Source of the DNA: Eledone cirrhosa
Taxonomy: Eukaryota
Assembly: GCA_964016885.1 (NCBI GenBank)
Contig: OZ024756.1
Location: forward strand, 27,094,001 to 27,158,000
DNA length: 64,000 nt
Direction of reading: 5' to 3'
The notes under the pieces are model-generated. The model had not been told where the DNA came from. It did no database searches and worked only from the letters and a program-made list of their open reading frames with translations. This document shows positions 52,258-64,000 of the stretch, piece by piece. A program made the position numbers and the translations under genes. Numbering within the stretch: the first letter of the stretch is position 1; each line of letters opens with the position of its first letter.

Positions 52258-52669
52258 TGGTTTCTTATATAGGCACAAGGCCAGCAATTTTGAGGAAGGG
52301 GAAAGTCGATTAAATCAACCCCAGTGCATGACTGGTACTTTATTTTATTGACCCCGTAAGGATGAAAGGCAAAGTTAACCTCGGCGGGATTTAAACTCAT
52401 ATCATAAAGGGGCATAACTCTATGCTGCAAAGCATGGCGTCTGACCCTCAACCGATACTGCCAATCCACCGCCATAAACGATAATTGTTTCTACTTTAGG
52501 CACAAGGCCAACAATTACCCAGTGCATTACTGGTACTTTATTTTATCGACTCCGTAAGGATGAAAGGCAAAGTCAACCTCGGTGGGATTTGAACTCAGAT
52601 CGTAAAGGGACGTAACTATGCTGGAAAGCTTGGCGTCCGACCCTCTACCGATACTGCCAATCCACCGCC
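52258..52669 (-). mobile_element. Two tandem tRNA-derived SINE copies
   Basis: Same family. Confidence 0.9.
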
Positions 52670-53084
52670 ATAAACGATAATGATGATGATGATGATGATG
52701 ATGATGAAATAGTCTTGTTAAAAACAGCGAGGATTCTAAGGATGGTGTTAGAAAGTTGAAGGAGTAGGAATGAGCCAAAGGATTTTTGGCCATTGGTTAT
52801 GGCTTGCTCGTTTGATATAGTGTCGGTATAACATCTGCCAGAGCAAAAGCATTCAGAATGATAAATAGTAATAATCAACGATATTAATCGTATTGATATA
52901 GATACAAATATTGACAAGGAATATTGGGAAAATATTAATAAAAAGCAATAACTGCAAAAATCAATAAAAAATAATTAAAAAAAAAAAAAATAAAAAAATG
53001 TTAAACAAAACATGGTTTTCAAATAAAATAAAAATAAAATAAAATATAAAATATATTTGGCACAAGGCCAGCAATGTGAAGTGA

Positions 53085-54422
53085 TAGTGTTGTTAGCAGT
53101 GGTAATGATGGTGGTGGTGGTGGTAGTGATGATGGTGGTGGTGGTGGTGGTGGTAGTGATGATGGTGGTGATGGTGGTGGTGGTGGTAGTGATGATGGTG
53201 GTGATGGTGGTGGTGGTGGTAGTGATGGTGGTGGTGGTGGTGGTGGTGGTGATGATGGTGCTGCTGGTGGTGGTTGTGGTGGTAGTGTTGGTGGTGGTGA
53301 TGGTGATGCTGGTGGTGATGGTGGTGGTGGTGGTGGTGGTGGTGGTGGTGGTAGTGGTGGTGGTGGTGGTAGTGATGATGGTGGTGATGGTGGTGGTGAT
53401 GGTAGTGGTGGTGGTAGTGATGATGGTGGTGGTGGTGGTGGTGGTGGGGAGGGGTTGATAGTGTTGTTAGTAGTGGTAATGATGGTGGTGATGGTGGTGG
53501 TGACAGCTGTCGAAGGGAGTGTTATCCAGTAAAGGTTGTATACACACACGCACATGTATGTATATGTGTGTATGTATGTATGTATGCATGTATGTATGTA
53601 TATGCATGTGTGTACGTATGTATATATATGTATGTATGTTTGTATATGTATGTATGTATGTATGTATGTGTGTGTATGTATGTATGTATATGTGTGTGTG
53701 TATGTATGTATGTATGTATGTATGTATATGTGTGTATGTATGTATGTATATATGTGTATGTATGTATGTATGCATGCATGTATATGTATGTATGTATGTA
53801 TATGTGTGTATGTATGTATGTATGTATGCATGCATGTATATGTGTGTATGTATGTATGTATGTATGTATGTATGTATGTATGCATGCATGTATGTATGCA
53901 TGTATGTATGTATATGTGTGTATGTATGTATGTATGTATGCATGCATGTATGTATGCATGTATGTATGTATATGTGTGTATGTATGTATGTATGTATGCA
54001 TGTATGTATGTATGCATGTATGTATGTATGTATGTATGCATGCATGTATATGTATGTATGTTGTCACAACACCTTTCTAGAAGAGGGGAAACTCTTAAAA
54101 AAAACCTGCTTCTTCGGAAGCATCCGATGATGTTGACCAGTTCTCCTTTTCGGGTAGTGTTTGCGATGTTCGGAGAGTAGGATTGGTCAAGTGCAAGGCC
54201 TTTCCCCACTTAAAGACCTTCAAAGCACCGGCATTGCTTGTTCAGGATCTGTTACAGGGTTGTGTGACTGGCCGTAGCCTAAAAGTGCACCAAACTCTAT
54301 AACCTGCGATTGCAGTACTCTTAGCATAGTTTGCAGCCATCATATGTGTGTGTGTGTATGTATATGTATGTATGTATGTATATGTATGTGTGTATGCATG
54401 TATATGTATGTGTGTATGTATG

Positions 54423-54457
<35 letters not shown>

Positions 54458-54920
54458 GTTTATTATCTCTTTCTCTTAATTTCGAGTATATTTTTTTGAC
54501 CGGCCACCTTCCTGGTGGCAAGGTTGTAAAAGAAAAGAAATTGTCATCCCTTGAATCGCAAGAATGTTTTGCAAATTTTGAAGGTGCCAGCTATCGCAGC
54601 CATTTATGTATGTATGTATGTATGTGTGTATGTATGTATGTATGTATGTATGTATGTATGTATGTATGTATGTATGTATGTATGTATGTATGTATGTATG
54701 TATGTATGTATGTATGTATGTATGTGTGTGTGTATGTATATATATGTATGTATGTGTGTGTGTATGTATATATATGTATGTATGTGTGTGTGTATGTATA
54801 TATATATGTATGTATGTGTGTGTGTATGTATGTGTGTATGTATGTATATATATGTATGTATGTATGTATGTGTGTGTGTATGTATATATGTATGTATGTA
54901 TGTGTGTGTATGTATGTATG

Positions 54921-54959
<39 letters not shown>

Positions 54960-55178
54960 ATGTATGTATGTATGTATGTATGTATGTATATATGTATGTA
55001 TGTGTGTATGTATGTGTGTATGTATGTATGTATGTATGTATATATATGTATGTATGTGTGTGTGTATGTATATATATATGTATGTATTTGTGTGTGTATG
55101 TATATATATATGTATGTATGTGTGTGTGTATGTATGTGTGTATGTATGTATATATATGTATGTATGTGTGTGTGTATG

Positions 55179-55210
<32 letters not shown>

Positions 55211-55272
55211 TGTATGTATGTATGTATGTATGTGTGTGTGTATATATATGTATGTATGTGTGTGTGTGTATG

Positions 55273-55303
<31 letters not shown>

Positions 55304-55335
55304 GTGTGTGTATGTATATATGTATGTATGTATGC
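53085..55335. repeat. Microsatellite block: (GGT/GAT)n then long (TATG/TG)n tracts around two short unique islands
   Basis: Direct reading. Confidence 0.95.
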
Positions 55336-56705
55336 AGATGATTGAATCAGATTACAAATGACTCCACAATATTCTGATTGACAGAGTGTGTATATTAATG
55401 ATGAAAATTGTGCTGATGATAATGGCGGTGCTATTAATGTTATTGATAGTAGTTGTTTTGGAATCATGGCATTAAAACAAAAATCGTTAAAATATATTGA
55501 TTTCTGCTCAATAATCTCTAGTCCACATGCCAGAGTTAATTATTTCATGCATTTGGTTCTGGTATAACTGTCTTATTTAGGGGCCTATTGTAAGGAACAA
55601 AAATGTATTTGGTGCATAAATAATTAGGACAGGAGCTCTATATGCTGTGATGGCAAATGGCCTTGGGGTATTTGTCTCCTGAGTCCCAAACCACGGTGGT
55701 GTTTACTTTGCCGGTCATACTTCCGCATTCACAAAATAAAGTACCATAAACCCCCTCCCACTGCAAAGTGGTCGTGGAGGTACCACGGCAAAAAAGCACC
55801 CAACCCACACTGTAAAGTGGTCGTGTAGGCGCTACGGAAAAAAAAGCACCTAGCACTCACTGTAAATTAAATGGTTACTTCAAAATGTATCTAGCAAGCG
55901 CAAGCTGCACACATGCGCACAGTAAAGTTTACAATAGAGAATTTAAATACATTTTTCTCAGTATAACGTCGAATGTGATCATATAACTACACGCAGGCGC
56001 AAATTTCAGTAAAACAAATTTACATTCATGCAATGGATACCGGGTGAGATTTTGTTTATATTTCATATATATTCAAGTATTATGTCATATGAATTGAACA
56101 GTAATTTTGTTGAATGTTTCTGTTATACCGTGGAAATATTTTATCTTCTGATAGAGTTACAAATAGGATACTTTATGTATGATTTGATGCTACTGTATAC
56201 AGATTTAAATATTGAAACATAGAAGAAAAATTGTCTTCTAAAGTATCTTAAAATTTTAGTTACCGTATTACCCGGCGTCGAAGACCCAACTTTTTCCCTA
56301 AAATAAGTCTCAAATATCTACCATGCGTCCTGGAGACCGAAGGTGGTTTATTATTTTTTTTTTTAAATTTTTGCTTGTCAAAATTAAGACGAAGCATCTT
56401 CAGCGCCGGGAAATAAGATATTTTAAGAAAAATTCTTTAATATAAATATGAGTGGCTAGTTAAAACCGGTTTGAACAGAAAGAGGTGAGGAAATTCCAAA
56501 GTAGAATTGAGATGGAGGGGAAAAACCGCAAACTCGCCATCTCAATTCTACTTTTGAAAAGCATAAGAACTGTGAAACCGGTAAAGGAAAAAAATAAATA
56601 TTCTTAAAAAGACTCGTTACATTTTCGATTTCATCTTTTTTCCTTATACCTTCACTCGTGTAGGACATCTCCTTTTTTTAATTTTGAAAAAAAACCCCTC
56701 ATTTT

Positions 56706-56740
<35 letters not shown>

Positions 56741-57279
56741 TATGAATGGAATACCCTGGTGGGTTATTTTAAGCCATTAATTTCTCACATTTCACAAAGA
56801 CCACCATAGCTAAAGCTGACCTATAGCTAGACCTGACCAATCTGCGCAGGCAGGGTAAGCAACGTTTGCTCACCTTTCATCGCTGTTAACAATCCGCATA
56901 GCAACACATAAGATGACGGCAGTGACAGGCTTTCGACGAGATACAGTTAAAGCAGATAAACAGGCTGGGGTCGCAAAATGTAAAACAAAATACTGGCAGA
57001 CTGATTGGCGTCATAGGGGTTGTTGAACTTCACATGTGGTTCAACAGACAAAGCGGCATGCTGATGACACATCAACCAACGGGAACATCTAATTATTACC
57101 AGCTGGCAGCCATGTTGCTTCACTTCATCACTTATTTCTTTCCGCATATGGTGAAATAGATGCATTTGTTGAAAGCAATAGTACGAAAAGAGTAAATCAA
57201 ACTATTAATACAGACATTTAACTTTTACACTTCACACATTGGGCGTTGATTGCTATTCTCATTCAGTAACTAACTCTCT

Positions 57280-57328
<49 letters not shown>

Positions 57329-58177
57329 TGGCTGCCAACTCGTTTTCGAGTACGGCCACTACTTTATATCCATCTAGGAGAACCCCTACCGATGCGCTGA
57401 ACGAATATGACTTTTTAGTCCAGCCAGCGACTTGAAAACTCTGGTACAAACACTACACCTGTGACAATTATTGACACATAGTGCTGGGCCCATGGTACCA
57501 TGTGACGGCAAGTGCAGAGAGATCTCCAGATATAAAGCAATGTCTGTGCCGTGAAGCTTTTATAGTGAGCAAAGGCACTGCACAGAGCCAGTCCCACTCT
57601 CTTAACCAAGATGATATTTACCAAAAAGAAGAACAAGTCAACATCATTGGATACCATCAGGGTTGCAGGTGTTATATCAGAGTTTTCCTTCTCCTAGAAT
57701 TCTGCCTTGACAAAGGCTAAGGGGTCATCTCTCCCGGATATATATATATATATATATATATACATACATATAGTGCACCCAGCTAAACAACACTCCCTCT
57801 CACTCATATATATATATAAATTTTATTTTCTTAGTAGTAATAAGTTTGGTAGCTTCAGCTTTCTACATCAAGTTATGTGATCGGACTCTTAAATAGGTTT
57901 TTGCAGGTCTGTGAATTTATAGGAGTATCAGAAAATCTATTTATTTGTGGATTGTGGTATAAGTACCATACTTTCTCCCTGACATCACATAAAATTCTAT
58001 GTGTACTTGTTATAGATTAATTGCTACAAGTTAATGTTTTGTCTTGTCTGTTACACCAGTGGACAGCGCTTACAAGAGAAGTAAGGGATTAAATATATAT
58101 GAAGTGAAATAATTTAGAAAATAACAAAAACAGAGGAAAAGACAGATATAAAGAAAACCCAAGAAGTCACCGAATCC

Positions 58178-58237
<60 letters not shown>

Positions 58238-58447
58238 AATAAATAAATAAATCCAAACTGTGTTAAAAACAAAAGACAAAGAGTGAATAAATATTAGATT
58301 CAAATATTTCAATCAGCTAAAAATTCACTCCTGCAAACCACACACCAATAGCCAAATCCATTGAGAGATGTTGAGGTTGAGATCTAGTAATAACTAGATG
58401 CTAGATAGTTCTATAGGTATGTAGATTAACAGGTAGAGAGATTGAAT

Positions 58448-58520
<73 letters not shown>

Positions 58521-58643
58521 GGAGGTGAGTTTTATTGTAGTACAATAAAGCAATGCAGATATCGGATAAGAAGCACTCTACAGTTTGTAGGACTGGAGTA
58601 TGCATAATATAAGATCAAAAGATGGTTAAAGGAGTTCCATGTA

Positions 58644-58710
58644 TTTTATTATGCGCATTTCAAAAACAAACATCATCATGCAATAATATTTGTGTTTTCA
58701 TCAGATAAAA
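58644..58710 (-). ncRNA. Type-I hammerhead ribozyme (left arm of palindrome)
   Basis: TTTTAT CTGATGA [long stem II] GAA ATGCGCAT A ATAAAA. Confidence 0.78.
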
Positions 58711-58811
58711 CAGGAGAACATGATATGAAGGCTAAAAAACACTTGTGGATAGTGCAGTTTTAAATCAACATATCCACAAGTGTTTTTTAGCCTTCATATC
58801 ATGTTCTCCTG

Positions 58812-58878
58812 TTTTATCTGATGAAAACACAAATATTATTGCATGATGATGTTTGTTTTTGAAATGCGCATAATAATA
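58812..58878 (+). ncRNA. Type-I hammerhead ribozyme (right arm of palindrome)
   Basis: Inverted copy of 58644-58710, one stem-I change. Confidence 0.75.
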
Positions 58879-58910
58879 TACATGGAACTCCTTTAACCAT
58901 CTTTTGATCT

Positions 58911-58968
<58 letters not shown>

Positions 58969-59046
58969 TACATACATATATATATATATATACAAACACA
59001 CACATATATATATATACACACACATATATATATATATATATACACC

Positions 59047-59124
<78 letters not shown>

Positions 59125-59203
59125 CAGTGAAAGAGGAGAGGGTGAAAAAGAGTGATGGAAGGTGAGAAAGAAAGGGGTGTGTGTGTGTGCATGACATAAA
59201 TAA

Positions 59204-59245
<42 letters not shown>

Positions 59246-59497
59246 AAGTGAGTCCTTCATCAGTGACCCTCCAACCGTCCTCGGCATTTCATCGCTTTAA
59301 GGGCCATATGCCTCAGGTTGTTACTCTAGCGTCCCCCTTTATTTACGTGTCCCAACGACTTTTTTTAGCCGTTGTTCGCACCAACCTGAGGCATATGGCC
59401 CTTAAAGCGATGAAATGCCGAGGACGGTTGGAGGGTCACTGATGAAGGACTCACTTTTTCATATGTATCCCATTTGCAACGCCGCAGCTCCATTATT

Positions 59498-59550
<53 letters not shown>

Positions 59551-59577
59551 ATGTAATAAACAACATAAGGCAATTAT

Positions 59578-59635
59578 TCCATTTACCAGTGGTTTCTTAA
59601 AAGCAAAAGGTTTTGCTTTCAATCCTCAGAATGAA
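59578..59635 (-). ncRNA. Type-I hammerhead ribozyme (left arm of palindrome)
   Basis: Reverse-complement copy of 59721-59778. Confidence 0.82.
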
Positions 59636-59720
59636 AAAATCCTGGTTTGTTTATTGAATTTGGATCTTAAAAAAAAGGATCTTTTTTAAGATCCAAATTC
59701 AATAAACAAACCAGGATTTT

Positions 59721-59778
59721 TTCATTCTGAGGATTGAAAGCAAAACCTTTTGCTTTTAAGAAACCACTGGTAAATGGA
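59721..59778 (+). ncRNA. Type-I hammerhead ribozyme, canonical core (right arm of palindrome)
   Basis: TTCATT CTGAGGA TTGAAAGCAAAA CC TTTTGCTTTTAA GAA ACCACTGGT A AATGGA. Confidence 0.82.
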
Positions 59779-59993
59779 ATAATTGCCTTATGTTGTTTAT
59801 TACATAATAATAATTAAGCTCTGTTGCTTACATAGAGCACTCTTTTTTCCTGGACTTTTCCGACGGAATTACTTCATTTATATATATATATATAGATAGA
59901 TATATAGATATAAATATATAGATAGATAGATAGAGAGAGAGAGAGAGATAGAAAAAAAGAGAGAAAGAGACAGGTTGAACGTGAATATCATAC

Positions 59994-60032
59994 CTGGATA
60001 TTTTCATTCGATCCCAAAGAAGAATCAGGAGG
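59994..60032 (-). CDS. ITPR: Probable ITPR-like small exon (PPDSSLGSNENIQ), phase 0-0
   Basis: ttccaattctcag acceptor, CAG|gtatga donor, 39 nt, joins in frame to exon 50891-51007; no recognisable motif. Confidence 0.55.
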
Positions 60033-60165
60033 CTGAGAATTGGAATGAGTTAAAAGCAAAAGAAAATGTTCAACAAATGCAACTAAGGTGAAAAATACAA
60101 AATATACAGAAGACACACCATTTAGCTGACCAGACCATATATATAGGCAGACATAGTAAATACAT

Positions 60166-60218
<53 letters not shown>

Positions 60219-60233
60219 TAAATATATATACAG

Positions 60234-60305
<72 letters not shown>

Positions 60306-60350
60306 ATAATAATAAATGTGAAGACTAAATCCGAAGAGGGCTCGATAAGG

Positions 60351-60386
<36 letters not shown>

Positions 60387-60591
60387 CCTTATCGAGCCTT
60401 TAATCTGTTATTTTAATAAATATTTGCTATATGGCTTTTATATATATATATAAATATATATAAAAGCCATATAGCAAATATTTATTAAAATAAAAGAATC
60501 GCTGCTTTCCCCCTTAACGGGATCTTCTGAAAGTTTCAGAAGGTCCCGTTAAGGGTGAAAGCAGCGATTCTTTGCTTAAGTTTTAATGTTA

Positions 60592-60669
<78 letters not shown>

Positions 60670-61005
60670 TGCATGTATGTAAAAGGTAAACAGAAATAAA
60701 AAAACAAACGGCACAGTATATGGAGGGTATATATTAGTTTAACGCTTGAAATAGCAGGAAGAGGGTCTTAACGTTTCGGACTCTAGTCCTTCATCAGGGC
60801 GGAATCGGAACATTTTTTTTAGACAAAATTAACAGGGTCATTCATATATATATATTTACTTTTTAAATATGTATGCATACATACCTTTATATTCAGCCAC
60901 CGAACCAGACCAAATATACAGGCAGATGTAAGTAAATACATATACATACACAATATAAAAAACAGCAACTAAAATAGTCCTTCGTTAGTATGAATAGAAG
61001 AGCTG

Positions 61006-61068
<63 letters not shown>

Positions 61069-61162
61069 TAAGATGGTAGTATGGACGAAACATTTGAGAG
61101 GGCACGGTACGACAGAGCTCCTGTTATCGCACCACCAGAATTAATATATTTGTATTATACAA

Positions 61163-61209
<47 letters not shown>

Positions 61210-61486
61210 GAATCAAAAAATTGATCGTAGTACGTAGTTTCTGAAGACTGTAGCTCATTTTATCGATATAATTTTGACCAACCGCTAAGTCACAGGACAT
61301 AAGCACACAACATCCGATGGACATCCGTACAGTTTCAATCTACCAAAAATTTCACTCAGAAGTTATTGGTCCACCCAAGGCTATAGCAAAAGCCACCTTC
61401 CCAAGGCCCTACTCAATGAGGCTACCACGAAGCTACAAAGCAAATTCCTTAAGCGCACAGATTTGTCTGTGTGTCTGGGCATATGA

Positions 61487-61532
<46 letters not shown>

Positions 61533-61632
61533 AAATAGTAAAAAGGAAAAATTCAGTAGAAAATGGTGGAGCGAGATTTTTAGTATAATATCAAAACATT
61601 TATTTATAAAGTGGGTATTTTCGCATTTAATA

Positions 61633-61670
61633 GTGGTACCGGTTTCAGCATTATATGCTTTTTCAACGGC
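61633..61670 (-). ncRNA. Hammerhead-like motif with U3:A8 core, stem I decayed
   Basis: TTGAAAA AGCAT ATA ATGCT GAA ACCGGT A. Confidence 0.5.
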
Positions 61671-61802
61671 GGAAGTGCAAAGTACAGTTAAGTTATATAT
61701 ATATAGGGTACCTCCCCACCAAATGTATACACACTTTGATTACCTGTACAGGCAATATTTATTAAAAAGCTGTTGAAATGTGTATACACTTTTGGTGACA
61801 CC

Positions 61803-61895
<93 letters not shown>

Positions 61896-64000
61896 TATAA
61901 GGTCCAAAATCCGAAGAGGGCTCGAAAAGGATTATATATATATGTATAGAGCAAATATTTATTATTAGTACAGAATAAAGTTTAATCAAAGAATCGCTGC
62001 TTTCATCCTATTACGGGATCTTCTGAAACTATATATTTAATTACATAATAAACAACACAATATAATTATTCCATTACATTTGGCAATGGTAATATTATAT
62101 TGCGTTGTTTATTATGTAATTAAATAGCTCTGTACAATACATAGAGCACTCTTCTTTCATTTACCTTTTCTACAGAAATACTTAACATATATATAAATAT
62201 ACACAAAATAACGAGAATGGATTGAAAATTCAAATTAGTAACGTTATGTTTCAAGCTCGATGTGTGTCAAAAATCAGCAAATAAATCGAACAGATTCATC
62301 AAAGGTGAAATCCATATGGAATCAAGAATTAAAATATTGGATAAACTCTTCCGGTTTATTTTATGAGTGCTAATACACTGAGGAATTCTGAAGGGATTTA
62401 AAACATTTCTATTCATCTTACACATGTTTCAGTTATAACAATGTTATCTTGATGCTCGGACGGTTTTTTTAAAGGAGATATCTCTCTTTCAAAATTTATT
62501 TATGTATGTTTTTGGTTTCTTTGACCATATAAAGGAGACAAGAAATTATGTGTTCTTGTAGGTTATTCGGTTCTATTCGTATCTTAGTATAAGGTTCTGC
62601 TCTTATGATAATTGTTTTTACTTTTGGCACAAGGCCAGCAATTACCCAGTGCATTACTGGTACTTTATTTTATCGACCCGGTAAGGATGAAAGGCAAAGT
62701 TAACCTCGACGGGATTTGAACTCAGACCGTAAAGGGACGTAACTATGCTGGAAAGCATGGCGTCTGACCCTCTACCGATACTGCCAATTGACTGCTCTTA
62801 TAATAATGTAGCTTAAGAAAATTCTTCAATTTACCATATTTCTTTGCATTTCATTTGTTGAAACGTGTAAGACCATTAAAATTGCCATATAAATTCCTAT
62901 AGAATTCCTGGATATATTATATATTATAACTTACATTGGTTTATAATAATTTTGCTTTTTGTGAATAAAATAGTTTTAGGACAGTTTTGTTTAGCTGATT
63001 TTGAATACGATAAGTTTTTGTCTCAGATTAATTGCTAAGCACCACAAGCTGGAAATACCAGATTACTCATTTTGGGTTATTTTGGGAATGTCATCTAACA
63101 CATTAATTCTTTCTTTCACACTTTTCTGTTAATTTGAAATTGAATTAGAATGCACAATTATTTTTAAAGCTGATAAACTAGTTAGTTTCTTGTACTCAAA
63201 CAAACAAAATTAAAGGAGGGGCTCTGAAATGCTGTTGTTGGCCATATGGAAAAAATATATGCCTGTCATATGCCAATTACGAAACTATAGAGAAAGTTAT
63301 AGAAGTAATTAAAAGAAACGAACGTATTATGTGCATATCTGATAGAAAAGACTAAAAGAAATAGAAATGATGTTTATATTTGATAGAAGAGATTGTTGCA
63401 AGGCTCATACTTCATAGGCTGACCATGAGGGAGTAATGCTAGAGCTGTGAAATCTTGCACACATTAATTTCAACACTTCTTATTAATAATAACATTGTTT
63501 CTTTCCAGGGACTATGTTGGAAAATAAACCTCATTTGGTCATTCCATAAGAGTATCTTGCTCAGCCTATGAAAGTTTCAGCTGACACACGTATATCGTCA
63601 ATAAATGAACTGAGCCTTTTACTGAAGCTTTATATAAAAAAAATATTCCCCTTATATTTGCTCAACATTTCTTTCTACTATGCCAGCTATTCTTTGACTA
63701 TTAGTGTTTATTTCTGAGGATAGAGCATAGTTTTCTATATTGAAAGAGTCTATATTGGAATTCCGAATTCATTTTTGGTATTGCCGGCATTTGTAAAATC
63801 AGATACCGCTCTCTTACACATGCTAAACATATGTCTACAAGAAACAGGATTCATAACATTTTTTAATAATCGTTTTATTGCATTCAACTTGATTTTCGTC
63901 GTTTTTTTGAGCTTTTTGCTAAAGGTTTGCATGAATAAATATTCTCATTATATCTGCGAAGTATTTATTTATGTAATCATATACGTATATATATATATAT

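Noticed and set aside
53019-55467. Long ORFs (up to 396 aa; poly-Pro, HTYI/VCMY repeats)
   Set aside because: Translations of (GGT)n and (TATG)n microsatellites; same for all YIYI ORFs in the track
57326-57740. GC-richer island with 79-80 aa ORFs
   Set aside because: No recognisable motif; likely transposon fragment in (TA)n but family not identifiable by eye
59425-59480. CTGATGA in the 59239-59463 palindrome (and 37655 relative) as a hammerhead
   Set aside because: No stem II closure or GAAA follows; no type II/III fold found
62835-62907. Possible upstream exon (NSIGIYMAIL...QRNM)
   Set aside because: Poor pyrimidine tract and no ITPR similarity; cannot support
63710-63760. CTGAGGA...GAAAGAGTCTA hammerhead-like string
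   Set aside because: Stem I absent and stem II does not abut GAAA

Overview
AT-rich animal genomic DNA, most likely an octopus/coleoid cephalopod (inferred from the SINE/LINE repertoire and dense (TA)n/(TATG)n tracts; not verified). Almost all ORFs in the track are microsatellite artefacts. The window is the interior of one large minus-strand gene: I could chain 31 GT-AG exons (51007 down to 991; 3645 nt, 1215 codons, phases consistent, no stops) plus two probable small exons into the central ARM/RIH/RIH-associated part of a divergent IP3-receptor (ITPR)/RyR-superfamily Ca2+-release channel; neither end of the gene is in the window. Introns hold a young 5'-truncated RTE LINE (871-aa ORF), many tRNA-derived SINEs, R4/Dong-, CRE-, CR1- and Tx1-like LINE ends, MITEs and minisatellites. 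The most striking unannotated signal is about 17 minimal type-I hammerhead-ribozyme motifs from many unrelated sequence families, lying in short (TA)n-flanked Penelope-like/retrozyme-like remnants, often as long inverted duplications with a ribozyme on each strand, and including recurring non-canonical cores (U3:A8 covariant, U4C) and one family with a 73-nt loop II. All coordinates and folds were derived by eye.
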